Source: Chlamydiia bacterium (GTDB taxonomy: Bacteria > Chlamydiota > Chlamydiia > Chlamydiales > RGXB01). Taken from it: DNA of 64,000 nt. The translations under genes and the position numbers were made by a program. The stretch spans positions 102,810-166,809 of the forward strand of contig JBEIFH010000001.1 of NCBI GenBank assembly GCA_040382515.1, read 5' to 3'. The notes under the pieces are model-generated. The model was not told the DNA's origin. It ran no database searches and worked only from the letters and a program-made list of their open reading frames with translations. The number at the start of each line of letters is the position of its first letter. The first letter of the stretch is position 1. Of this stretch, positions 1 through 9,516 are shown one piece after another.

Positions 1-262
1 TCAATACAAATGCCTTTCAGGCTTTCGCACCAAAATAAGGGCAAAATATAAAACTAAACTCCATTTTTTGGAATTGGGGAGAGGTCTAGTAAATCTATAT
101 TTCGTTTATAAAAATTTCGTAAAGAAATTATAATGATACTATTTTAATTATCATCTGCTCTGGTTTTTAAAATTTTTTTATATATATGTAAAAAAAACCG
201 GCTCTACCCCTTTACCTTTAAAATGAAACAAAGTATGCTTCTTGAATCAAATTGGAGTCAAA

Positions 263-352
263 ATGGCCTCTGTTAAAAAGAAGCGCAAAGCGAAGATGAA
301 TCGCCACAAGTTGAAAAAACTTCGCAAACTCAACAGACACAAGAACCCCTAG
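263..352 (+). CDS. Small basic protein, bS22 / AURKAIP1-COX24 (mS38)-like ribosomal protein, 29 aa (not in ORF track)
   Basis: ATG at 263 gives MASVKKKRKAKMNRHKLKKLRKLNRHKNP*, matching the MxSVxKKRxxKMxxHKxKK pattern; GGAG SD upstream; ends 8 nt before mnmG. Confidence 0.85.
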   Translation: MASVKKKRKAKMNRHKLKKLRKLNRHKNP

Positions 353-360
353 TTCTTCCC

Positions 361-2229
361 ATGTGGACCTACGAGACATTTTACGATGTTCTCGTCGTCG
401 GAGCAGGCCATGCCGGCTGTGAAGCTGCGCATGCGGCTGCAAAGATGGGGGCGAGGACACTTTTAGTTACCATGAACTTGGATACTATTGCCAAGATGAG
501 CTGCAATCCTGCGGTCGGGGGGACCGGTAAAGGGCAAATTGTGCGCGAAATCGATGCAATGGGCGGTATCATGGGTCAAATTATAGATCAAACTGCCATC
601 CAATTTAGAATGTTGAACCGTTCTAAAGGTCCCGCCGTTTGGTCTCCTCGTGCCCAGGCGGACAAACACCTGTACGCTCAAAAAATGAAAGAGACCCTGG
701 AAACAATCCCTAATCTTTTTTTGATGCAAGGGACAATCGAGGATCTGCTTATTGAAAACGGGGCGGTCGTAGGAATCTCTACCAAAGAGGGGATCGCTTT
801 TCGCTCTTCTACAGTGATTCTCTCCTCTGGAACGTTCATGCAGGGGAAAATACATATAGGATCGACCCAATTTTCGGGTGGAAGAGCCGGAGATCCCCCC
901 TCTATTGGGCTCTCAAACAGCCTCTCACAACACGGATTGCGGTTGGGTCGACTCAAAACGGGTACCCCTTGCAGAATACACAAAAGGTCCGTTGATTTTT
1001 CCCAATGCGAACGGCAAGATGGTGAGGAGGATGTCCGATTCTCTTTCAAAAAAGGGTTTTTAAAGCTGCCTCAAGTCCCCTGTTATATCACCTATACATC
1101 CCAAGAAAGTCAAAAAATTGTAGAACAAAACCTCTACAAATCGGCTGGCTACTCCAAAAAAATGGTAGGCCCGCGCTACTGCCCCTCTATCGAGGATAAA
1201 ATTGTCCGATTCAGCGATAAGGAGCGTCATCAAATATTTATTGAGCCGGAAGGGCTATACACCCAAGAGCTCTACTTGAACGGGATCTCAACCTCTTTGC
1301 CATTTGATGTGCAAGTACCGCTCATCCGATCGATTGCAGGTTTACAGAACGCTGAGATTGTACGCCCGGCGTATGCGATCGAATACGATTACGTAAAAAG
1401 CGGCCAGCTACAGCTTTCTCTTGAGACCAAAACTATCGAGGGATTATTTTTAGCCGGCCAAATCAATGGCACGACAGGTTACGAAGAGGCGGCAGGCCAA
1501 GGTTTTATTGCCGGGGTGAATGCTGCTTTAAAAGTGCAAGGGCGCCCCCCCTTCATTTTGAGCCCACAGGAGTCGTACATAGGGGTCATGATTGAAGACA
1601 TCGTATCGATGGAATTGACCGAACCCTACCGGATGTTTACCAGCCGGGCCGGCGCTCGCCTTCTTTTAAGACAAGACAACGCGGATCTTAGACTTTCCCA
1701 CTACGGCTATCAGCTAGGTGGGCTTGTCACAAAAGAGGAGATAGAGGCGCTAGATCTTAAAAAACAGAAGATCAAAGAGGCTATCCAACTACTCAAAAGA
1801 CATGTCCAGGTTGAAGACCGGAGCTATACCTTGCAACAGATGATTGCACGGCCCGACAAAAGCTACTTGTCAGTACAACAAGACTACCCCCACTTAGTCC
1901 CGGATCTTGAAGAAGAGACCCGTTTTCAGGTAGAGCTTGAGCTCAAATACGCCGGTTACATCAGGCGTCAAGAGGAGGAAAACCAAAAACTCAAAGATCT
2001 CGACGCTATCAGTATTCCTGAAGGGATGGATTTTGAACTCGTTAAAGGGTTAAGAAATGAAGCTAGAGAGACATTAAAAAGGGTTCAGCCTTTGCATTTG
2101 GGCCAAATTGGGAGGCTTCCGGGGATCACTATAGCCGATCTGAACATTCTATTTGTGGCTATTAGAGGCTTTAGAAAAAATCCCCACCAAGCATCAGTCG
2201 CAACACTTCAAGAGACGGTTGTGTCGTAG
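361..2229 (+). CDS. mnmG: tRNA uridine-5-carboxymethylaminomethyl modification enzyme MnmG (GidA)
   Basis: GAGHAGCEAA FAD motif, MSCNPAVGG, GPRYCPSIEDK, AGQINGTTGYEEAAGQG, EPYRMFTSRA. Confidence 0.98.
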   Translation: MWTYETFYDVLVVGAGHAGCEAAHAAAKMGARTLLVTMNLDTIAKMSCNPAVGGTGKGQIVREIDAMGGIMGQIIDQTAIQFRMLNRSKGPAVWSPRAQADKHLYAQKMKETLETIPNLFLMQGTIEDLLIENGAVVGISTKEGIAFRSSTVILSSGTFMQGKIHIGSTQFSGGRAGDPPSIGLSNSLSQHGLRLGRLKTGTPCRIHKRSVDFSQCERQDGEEDVRFSFKKGFLKLPQVPCYITYTSQESQKIVEQNLYKSAGYSKKMVGPRYCPSIEDKIVRFSDKERHQIFIEPEGLYTQELYLNGISTSLPFDVQVPLIRSIAGLQNAEIVRPAYAIEYDYVKSGQLQLSLETKTIEGLFLAGQINGTTGYEEAAGQGFIAGVNAALKVQGRPPFILSPQESYIGVMIEDIVSMELTEPYRMFTSRAGARLLLRQDNADLRLSHYGYQLGGLVTKEEIEALDLKKQKIKEAIQLLKRHVQVEDRSYTLQQMIARPDKSYLSVQQDYPHLVPDLEEETRFQVELELKYAGYIRRQEEENQKLKDLDAISIPEGMDFELVKGLRNEARETLKRVQPLHLGQIGRLPGITIADLNILFVAIRGFRKNPHQASVATLQETVVS

Positions 2230-2342
2230 ACAACCTGGCTCGACAGACTCCTCTTGAGTTTTTCTATAGGCTTATAAATTAGGCTTGATTGCAAAAATTC
2301 TCTTATCCATATAGTCTTTTAAAATAAAAAAAAAGAGCCTCC

Positions 2343-3029
2343 ATGAAAACGCTCCGTGTTGTGAAATTAAAAAACATGCCTATTTTCAATATGCTTGCTC
2401 TCGAAGAGCATCTATTAGAGGGGCCTTGTGAAAATATTTTGTTAGTCAACTACGGAACGCCTGATGCGATTGTGCTAGGGAAATCAAATGATCGTCATGC
2501 CCTGGTCGTGGAGAATCCGAACGTCCCCCTTATCCGTCGGTTTTCAGGGGGTGGGACCGTCTATGTCGACTCGTCAACCATTTTTATAAGCTGGATCTTA
2601 TCGAAAGAACTAGAAGAGGCAAAATGTGTAGATACCCTTTTCAATTGGACAGTCGATGGATTCAAAAAAGCGCACCCGAACCTACCAATAGACCGTATAG
2701 AAACCGATTACGTACTTGAAAAGAATAAAGTTGGTGGCACGGCACAATATGTAAAAAAAGATCGTATTTTGCACCATACCAGCTTTCTATTTGATTTCTC
2801 GAATGAGAAGCTTTCACTCCTTAAAACACCCCAAAAGGCACCGGCATATAGACAAAATCGCCCCCACGCCACCTTTGTCACCTCTTTAAAGAGCCACTTC
2901 ACAAAACCGCAAGATTTTGTAGATCCCTATCTTGAGGAGCTCACAAAGGAATTTTCCTTAAGAGAAATTTCGATGCTTGAAATTTTACAAGACCTCAAAA
3001 GTCCAAAACAAACCGTATACCTTGAGTGA
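2343..3029 (+). CDS. lplA: Lipoate-protein ligase A family protein
   Basis: RRFSGGGTVY, KVGGTAQ, LHHTSFL and YRQNRPH motifs; follows mnmG as in other chlamydiae. Confidence 0.85.
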   Translation: MKTLRVVKLKNMPIFNMLALEEHLLEGPCENILLVNYGTPDAIVLGKSNDRHALVVENPNVPLIRRFSGGGTVYVDSSTIFISWILSKELEEAKCVDTLFNWTVDGFKKAHPNLPIDRIETDYVLEKNKVGGTAQYVKKDRILHHTSFLFDFSNEKLSLLKTPQKAPAYRQNRPHATFVTSLKSHFTKPQDFVDPYLEELTKEFSLREISMLEILQDLKSPKQTVYLE

Positions 3030-3058
3030 CCTTCTTTAAGGCCCGGTTGAGTATAGAT

Positions 3059-3826
3059 CTACTCCTCAGGGCTATTGGAGCCAAAAAACTCTTTGAACGC
3101 ATGAGAAGTTACCTGATCCCCTAATTCCGCAATAGCTTCCACAAGATCAATTTTTTTCGGGCAGACTTGTACACAATTTTGCGCTTTACTACACTCATGC
3201 AACCCCCCTTTTCCCATCATGGTATCCAACCTCTCCTCCTTGTTGGATTTTCCATTTGGGTGCAAGTTGAACAGTCTTGCCTGTCCCACCACCGCAGCAC
3301 CGACAAACTGTGTTGTTTTTGTGTAGTTCGGACAAGCAACAAGGCAGCAGCCACAGCTCATACAAGTCGATAGCTCGTACATCACCTCTTGCGTCTTCGG
3401 AAGAATTTTCGGACCAAATTTGGTGCTTCGACTCCCGTCTACCTCGCTCCAGCCTTTGATCCTTTTCAAATCGTCAAAAATTCTAGATCGATCAATCACA
3501 AGATCCCGTATAAGAGGGTAACAATCAAAAGGGGCCAGATGTATCCTATCAGTCCCGGTCTCGTCTAAAATAGGCTGTATCATCGCTGTACAGGATTGTC
3601 TCGGGATACCATTGATAAGCATCGAACAGGACCCGCAGACCTCCTCGAGGCAAGCTTGCTCCCAGACTACCGGTGTCGTCAGTTCCCCTTTTTTGTTGAT
3701 CGGCCGCTTTTGGATCTCCATCAAAGCGGTGATCACGTTCATTAAAGGGGTAAGCTCCAGCTCAAACTCCTCAATATACTGGTTTCCTTCAGTTCCTCGA
3801 AGAATTTGTAGGGTGAACGATTTCAT
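3059..3826 (-). CDS. sdhB: Succinate dehydrogenase iron-sulfur subunit
   Basis: CLEEVCGSC, CMSCGCCLVACP and CSKAQNCVQVCPK Fe-S motifs. Confidence 0.97.
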   Translation of the reverse strand: MKSFTLQILRGTEGNQYIEEFELELTPLMNVITALMEIQKRPINKKGELTTPVVWEQACLEEVCGSCSMLINGIPRQSCTAMIQPILDETGTDRIHLAPFDCYPLIRDLVIDRSRIFDDLKRIKGWSEVDGSRSTKFGPKILPKTQEVMYELSTCMSCGCCLVACPNYTKTTQFVGAAVVGQARLFNLHPNGKSNKEERLDTMMGKGGLHECSKAQNCVQVCPKKIDLVEAIAELGDQVTSHAFKEFFGSNSPEE

Positions 3827-3835
3827 CTGAGCTCC

Positions 3836-5725
3836 TCACACGTAAGCCGGTAAATTTGAGGGAATTTTAGAGAGGTCAAGGCTCTCCAAAGTCACTTTTT
3901 TCTTATAATCCCGTTTTGCCACAGTAAAGTATCTGGTGTCAACGTCACGGAAGCTCATGACAGGCTCCTCCCGATTCGGGTCATAGGTCGCTATCGTATG
4001 TTTTAAGAAATGCACATCATCCCGATTGGGAAACTCGGGCTTAAAATGCCCTCCGCGCGATTCATCACGTAAAAGGGCCCCTTTTGCTATAACGAGTGCA
4101 ATTTCTAGCATCCCTCTGAACTGATTTGCAAAAATAAATGTTTGATTCAGCTCATTTGATGTGTCATCAAGACGGATATTTTTATACCTTTGCCGTATTT
4201 TCTTGATCTCCTGCACCGCTTTTTCTAAAGACTCATTATGACGCACCACGGTACAATCACGCACCAAGATCTCGGAAAGCTCTTCATGGAGCTGGTGGAT
4301 GTTTTCCACACCCTTTTTTGACATGAGCTCATGCTTGAAAGCCTGCTCTTTTGCCAACGCCCTTTCAAAAACTTCCTCTGGTATTTCCTTGTAATCTTTT
4401 TTCAACTGGTGGAAATAGGGCTGCATCTCATCCCCCACAACAAGCCCGTCAAAAATACACGAAATCAAAGAATTTCCCCCAAGGCGGTTTGCTCCGTGGA
4501 TTCCATATTGGGATTCTCCCACATTGAAGCATCCGGTAAGATTTGTCATGTACTTAAACCTTAAATGCCGGTCCCCATCCTCTTCGGCAGGATAATCGAC
4601 AAAAGCCCCTCCCATCGTGTAGTGCACTCCGGGGTAAATTTTCATTGGCTTCACTTTAGGATCTTCACCGGTAAATTTTTGGTAAATTTCAAAAACAGAC
4701 TGGAATTTTTTCACTAAAGACTCATCAAAACCGGTGCAGTCGAGATAGACCTGTTTATGCCCCTCAACCCCAAGCCCCAATTCACAAACCTGGTGAATCG
4801 CCCTAGCGGCAATATCGCGCGGCACAAGATTTCCCAATAGCTTGTACATATCCTCTAAAAAATACCAGCGCTCCCCCGTTTTACCACAAGGTATCCAATT
4901 CCCGTTTTCATCTTTGATCTGTTTTGTCTCATCACCAAAGACCCAAACACGGGCAAATCCCCGCAGTGTTTCAGTCATAAGACGTAACTTATCATGGCCA
5001 GGAATCGAGGTTGGATGGATCTGTATAAATTCCCCGTTTGCATACTCCATTCCCTGCATGAACAAGCGACCGTTGGCAGCGCCGGTGCAAATCGTGGAGT
5101 TGGTGCTTTTTTTGAACATAAAGCCCAGTCCGCCGGTGCCGATAATCACCGCGTTGGCTTTTAGAACTTCCAACTTGAGATTATAATGGTCCATCAAAAT
5201 AATCCCGCGTGCAATCCCTTCTTCATCTAATACGAGGCGCATAAATTCATGGTGCTCATATTTTTTGACAAGCCCCTTCACCTCATAACGGCGCACCTGC
5301 TCGTCAAGTGCGTATAATAGCTGTTGTCCCGTAGAAGATCCGCAATACACCGTTCTGTTGAATGTGGTCCCCCCGAACCGCCTTACATCCAGCCCCCCCT
5401 CGAGATTTCGATTGAATGTGCAGCCAAACCGATCAAGCATTTTGATGATTTGGGGAGCCGCCAAACACATCTCCACGACTTGAGGCTGGTTGGCAAGAAA
5501 ATCGCCCCCTTTCACTGTTTCATAGGCATGGATGTAGGGTGAATCTCCCTCATTTTTTAAGTTGACCGCTGCGTTGATCCCCCCTTGGGCACAAACGGAA
5601 TGGCTCCTTTTTACTTTAGTTAAAGAAACCAGGTGGACCAAAATCCCGTGTTCCGCCAATCGCATCGCAGCCGAAAGGCCTGCAAGCCCTCCACCCACTA
5701 CAATCACTTCCTGTTGTATTGCCAT
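3836..5725 (-). CDS. sdhA: Succinate dehydrogenase flavoprotein subunit
   Basis: GGGLAG, SHSVCAQGGINA (covalent FAD His), QIHPT, HYTMGG, HGANRLGGNSL, ESRGGH. Confidence 0.97.
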   Translation of the reverse strand: MAIQQEVIVVGGGLAGLSAAMRLAEHGILVHLVSLTKVKRSHSVCAQGGINAAVNLKNEGDSPYIHAYETVKGGDFLANQPQVVEMCLAAPQIIKMLDRFGCTFNRNLEGGLDVRRFGGTTFNRTVYCGSSTGQQLLYALDEQVRRYEVKGLVKKYEHHEFMRLVLDEEGIARGIILMDHYNLKLEVLKANAVIIGTGGLGFMFKKSTNSTICTGAANGRLFMQGMEYANGEFIQIHPTSIPGHDKLRLMTETLRGFARVWVFGDETKQIKDENGNWIPCGKTGERWYFLEDMYKLLGNLVPRDIAARAIHQVCELGLGVEGHKQVYLDCTGFDESLVKKFQSVFEIYQKFTGEDPKVKPMKIYPGVHYTMGGAFVDYPAEEDGDRHLRFKYMTNLTGCFNVGESQYGIHGANRLGGNSLISCIFDGLVVGDEMQPYFHQLKKDYKEIPEEVFERALAKEQAFKHELMSKKGVENIHQLHEELSEILVRDCTVVRHNESLEKAVQEIKKIRQRYKNIRLDDTSNELNQTFIFANQFRGMLEIALVIAKGALLRDESRGGHFKPEFPNRDDVHFLKHTIATYDPNREEPVMSFRDVDTRYFTVAKRDYKKKVTLESLDLSKIPSNLPAYV

Positions 5726-5728
5726 AGG

Positions 5729-6730
5729 TCAGCTCCTCAAATTGATCCAATAAGTTCCCCAAACTGCGCTCAAGCCCAAAAAGCCCAATAAAAACATCAG
5801 CCCAACGCAAACTTTTAACATCCGCCTTTGGGAGACCTGTTTTACGACAAGCCCCCAGGTAATTGTAAACGCCCACAGACCATTAAACCCGTGAAAGACT
5901 GCAGCAGCAACAAAAATCGTATATAAAATTGCCTTGATGGGACTTTTGAAGACATCTCTGACATTCATCAATTGTGAAGTTCCAAAAGAGTTCGTCACTA
6001 AAATCACCTGATTGGGTTCAAGCTCCCTCTTTGTCAATCCCTGGTAAAATTCCTCCATCTCGACCGCTTTACCCTTTTGTTTTCCCAGCTCGGATGCTTC
6101 CAAATTATACTGTAAGCCACCCCCGTCGATCTCTTTCGCCCGCTGGTCAACAAGGGTCTGTTGCCCCAGCTCTTTGTTGAGAGCATCTTTATATTCTGTA
6201 ATAGCTGCAGCATCATACAGCGAAAAACCCAACCTGTCTTGCAGCGAGTAAAGTCCGCTATCGAAGGAGATACGGGTGAAAAAAAGCCTATTACTCCCCT
6301 CCTTAGCCTCGGCAGGATACAGATAGAAACGAAAAAGGGCGACATGAGCTATGATTCCGAACAACAAAATCCAGGCAGTCCACTTCTGAAAGGTGTAAGC
6401 CCTGCTCCTTGTATAGGACATATAGGGTCTTGACCCCTCTTTAGAGCCAAAAGAATTGGATCTGCCGTACAAGGCTTTTTGGATCCCGATAATAGCGTGG
6501 TACACGATCGGCACACCGATAAACGTCAGCTCCACAACTTGTAGATAGGGCAAGTCATGTATAAAATTGACCATCCGGACAAAACCGGCCCCGTCATCTC
6601 CGATTAAGAGAGCCGCTTGTGAATTTGTTAAGAGATGCTCAAAAAGGAAAATCACAATCAGCAAACCGGTCAAAGAGTGCAAACGTGATAGAATAAATTC
6701 TTTTGGTAGGTTGTTTTTACGGGGATCCAT
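5729..6730 (-). CDS. sdhC: Succinate dehydrogenase cytochrome b558 subunit (single anchor subunit with a large soluble insertion)
   Basis: RLHSLTG, EHLLTNS, YHAIIG, AHV and FHGFNGLW haem His motifs; five hydrophobic segments; first gene of sdhCAB. Confidence 0.92.
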   Translation of the reverse strand: MDPRKNNLPKEFILSRLHSLTGLLIVIFLFEHLLTNSQAALLIGDDGAGFVRMVNFIHDLPYLQVVELTFIGVPIVYHAIIGIQKALYGRSNSFGSKEGSRPYMSYTRSRAYTFQKWTAWILLFGIIAHVALFRFYLYPAEAKEGSNRLFFTRISFDSGLYSLQDRLGFSLYDAAAITEYKDALNKELGQQTLVDQRAKEIDGGGLQYNLEASELGKQKGKAVEMEEFYQGLTKRELEPNQVILVTNSFGTSQLMNVRDVFKSPIKAILYTIFVAAAVFHGFNGLWAFTITWGLVVKQVSQRRMLKVCVGLMFLLGFLGLSAVWGTYWINLRS

Positions 6731-6870
6731 GTCTGTTTTCTACTTACTTTACAATAATTGCTTTGAAACCTTGCCAAGAAATGTTTCTTAGCTTCGTCCT
6801 TGTCCAACGGTTAGTGAATTTTTAAGGTATCTTGTATTAAACGTGGTTTAAACGTTTTTTTGAAGGAAAA

Positions 6871-7617
6871 TTACAATCCAAAAAGCTCTTTAGAAGTTTT
6901 AACTATTTTTTCCTCAACTTCCGCTCTTGTTTTTTTTTGGAGCCGGGCAATTTTCTCTATGATGTAAGGGATATAGGCCGGCTCGTTTGTTTTACCACGG
7001 AACGGTTCGGGGGCAAGCCAGGGGGCATCCGTCTCCACCAGCATCTGTTCAAGAGGGACGCTTGCAGCAATCTCCTGCATCTGGGTGGCGTTCTTGAAGG
7101 TGACCACTCCGCTGAAAGAGAGATAAAAACCTTTTTCAAGAGCCCAACGAGCTACCTCAAAAGAGCCCGCAAAACAGTGAAGAATCCCTTTTTTTACCCG
7201 ATTTTTTTCGATGAAATCGATCAATTCCTGATAGGCATTCCTACAATGAATTGAAAGGGGCAAATCCAAATCGTTGGCCAACTCAATATGTTTTTTAAAG
7301 TACTCTTTTTGAATCGCCAGATGCTCCTGTGAATGGTGCAAATCGAGACCGGTTTCTCCAATCGCAACAATCTTCTTGCTAGATGCAAGCCCACAAATTA
7401 GGTCAAAATGCCCATTTTCCACCTCGTGCGCATGGCAAGGGTGAATCCCTGCCACCGCCGGTACCGTCGGATATTCCTGGTGAATTTTCAGTCCCCTCTC
7501 TATATCCTTCACGTCGATGCAGATATTGATTACGTGGTCTACCCCGTTCTCGAAAGCCCTTTTGAGAACTTCCTTGTAATCTTCTCCCAAATGGCAGTGC
7601 GTATCAATCATTGACAA
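6871..7617 (-). CDS. tatD: TatD family deoxyribonuclease (start may be the ATG at 7611)
   Basis: IDTHCHL, GIHP, AIGETGLD, IHCR, ILHCF, LVETDAPWLAP. Confidence 0.95.
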   Translation of the reverse strand: MSMIDTHCHLGEDYKEVLKRAFENGVDHVINICIDVKDIERGLKIHQEYPTVPAVAGIHPCHAHEVENGHFDLICGLASSKKIVAIGETGLDLHHSQEHLAIQKEYFKKHIELANDLDLPLSIHCRNAYQELIDFIEKNRVKKGILHCFAGSFEVARWALEKGFYLSFSGVVTFKNATQMQEIAASVPLEQMLVETDAPWLAPEPFRGKTNEPAYIPYIIEKIARLQKKTRAEVEEKIVKTSKELFGL

Positions 7618-7639
7618 GTAGCCTCCGAATCAGTAGGTT
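7611..7639 (+). promoter_or_regulatory. Probable sigma66 promoter of the tol-pal operon, overlapping the tatD start
   Basis: TTGACA (7611-7616), 17-nt spacer, TAGGTT (7634-7639). Confidence 0.5.
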
Positions 7640-7696
7640 GGATAACAAGTAAACTCTCTATAACGATAAATTTACCCATCCCTAAACGAGATAATT

Positions 7697-8395
7697 ATGA
7701 CATCCATTTACATTTTTGTCAGCGCATTTAAGGATTCCGACGGCTTCGGTAAAATCATTTTTTTGCTCCTTTTTTCACTCTCGTTTCTCTCCTGGTTTAT
7801 TTTGATTTTTAAAGCTCGCCAGTTTGGTAAGCTGGAAAAAGAGATGCAAACTTTTCTTCTCAATTTTGAAAAAAAAGAGCATCCGATTCTAGAAAAATCC
7901 ATTTTAGAAACCCTCACCTCCAATCCGATGTTCTCTCTCTACAAACAATTTAAAAAATGCACGATAGACCTATTGGAACGTAATCGCCAGCTCGATAGGG
8001 TGGAAGAAAACTTTTTAACCAGATCCGATGTGGAGATGCTGGAGAACTATCTGGATCAAAAAGTTTTGCTGAACAGCAAAGATTTGGATAAAAACCTTTT
8101 CATCCTCTCTACCTCCATATCCTTGGCCCCATTTTTAGGAATTTTAGGGACGGTTTGGGGCTTGCTCGTGAGCCTTACCGGTCTTGGAAAAGGTGTATCA
8201 GCCCTTTCGAACCAGGTTGTGATGGGTGGCCTTTCCACCGCTCTGGCCACTACGGTAATAGGCCTTCTAATAGCGATACCGGCACTCATCGGCTATAATT
8301 ACTTGAAATCGAAAGCAAAAGAAATGACTCTATCGATGGGCTCTTTTTGCGCTCTACTCGTGCACGAGGTAGAGATGGGATATCGAAGGGATTGA
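7697..8395 (+). CDS. tolQ: TolQ/ExbB (MotA-family) proton channel
   Basis: SLAPFLGILGTVWG and ALATTVIGLLIAIPA; three TM segments; first gene of tol-pal cluster. Confidence 0.92.
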   Translation: MTSIYIFVSAFKDSDGFGKIIFLLLFSLSFLSWFILIFKARQFGKLEKEMQTFLLNFEKKEHPILEKSILETLTSNPMFSLYKQFKKCTIDLLERNRQLDRVEENFLTRSDVEMLENYLDQKVLLNSKDLDKNLFILSTSISLAPFLGILGTVWGLLVSLTGLGKGVSALSNQVVMGGLSTALATTVIGLLIAIPALIGYNYLKSKAKEMTLSMGSFCALLVHEVEMGYRRD

Positions 8396-8399
8396 CCGG

Positions 8400-8810
8400 A
8401 TGCGAAAACGCTTTCTCGACGAAATAGCCGAAGAAACAGACCTCATCAACCTTACCCCCCTGATTGATGTTCTTTTCACAGTCCTAGTATTGTTTATTGT
8501 TATCTCCCCATTTTTGGACATCGAATCGATCCAGTTAGCCCAAAAAGGGGTGGAGGCAAACGGGCAAAGGGAAAAAAGGAAGATCCGTATTTTTGTCCAA
8601 AAAACGGGTCAAATTAAAATCAACGATACGCCGGTGACACTGAAACAGCTCCCAGGCGTTCTAGACGAACTAAAAAAATCATTCCGTGAGGAGATTCCGG
8701 AGCTCTACCAGGATAAGAACTCCTCTTTTGGAACCTATTTGAATGTGAAACATGCGCTGGAACAAGCAGGATTTGAAGAGATGGATCTTGTGGTCCAACC
8801 CGAAGGATAG
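8400..8810 (+). CDS. tolR: TolR/ExbD biopolymer transport protein
   Basis: INLTPLIDVLFTVLVLFIV TM segment with the conserved Asp. Confidence 0.92.
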   Translation: MRKRFLDEIAEETDLINLTPLIDVLFTVLVLFIVISPFLDIESIQLAQKGVEANGQREKRKIRIFVQKTGQIKINDTPVTLKQLPGVLDELKKSFREEIPELYQDKNSSFGTYLNVKHALEQAGFEEMDLVVQPEG

Positions 8811-9453
8811 TCCAAAAAAAATCGCTCTTAAAAGAACCATACAGGTACACCTATTGGTCTTGCTACTGTTCTCTTTCAGCTCCACTTTTTCTTTTCCATC
8901 ACGGCCCAAACAAAAAATGCGTGTCCACACCACCCATTTAAATAGCAAAAACCCTACTGTCCTTAAGGAAAAATCCCCCCTTGAAAAAAAGGGGAGGGCT
9001 CCTGAAAAGAAAGTGCCGGTTCAAGAAAAAAAGGGGATCAAGCCCCCCCCTCAAGTTAAGAAACCCCTAACGCCAATTCAAGAAAAAAAGAGCCCGATGA
9101 AACGGATCGAAGAGCTCGAAAGAGATCTTAAAAAAATTGAAACCTCTTTCAAGGAGGCCCCAAAAGATCTTTTTGTAGGGTTAGAATATGGAATAGATTT
9201 AAAAGATTCTATCCCATACGAAACGCAAGTGGTCCAAATTCTACAAAAAGCTTTGAGGCTCGTCGATCCAGAAAGCGTTGATGTAGTGATCCAGGTTCTT
9301 CCCAACGGACTCGTGGAAACTATCCTTGAAATTCGTTCAAACAGCCCCTTGAATGCTAAAATTGTCGCAACCGCGTTAGAGAAAATGGTCTTTCCCCCTT
9401 TTGAAGCAAATGAGCCCCTAGAGCTGAGCCTGCATCTTTGTACTGGAAACTAA
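8752..9453 (+). CDS. TolA/TonB-like energy transducer (start uncertain)
   Basis: N-terminal TM containing His (VHLLVLLLFSF), Lys/Pro-rich linker, TonB_C-like C-terminus (FPPF); lies between tolR and tolB. Confidence 0.65.
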   Translation: MRWNKQDLKRWILWSNPKDSPKKIALKRTIQVHLLVLLLFSFSSTFSFPSRPKQKMRVHTTHLNSKNPTVLKEKSPLEKKGRAPEKKVPVQEKKGIKPPPQVKKPLTPIQEKKSPMKRIEELERDLKKIETSFKEAPKDLFVGLEYGIDLKDSIPYETQVVQILQKALRLVDPESVDVVIQVLPNGLVETILEIRSNSPLNAKIVATALEKMVFPPFEANEPLELSLHLCTGN

Positions 9454-9516
9454 GACGTGATTTCTTTATTCTACCCATAAAATGGATGTGAAAAAAAATT
9501 CTACAGGAGGATCTTC

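Noticed and set aside
218..460. 80-aa minus-strand ORF
   Set aside because: Antisense to the bS22-like ORF and the mnmG start; no motif
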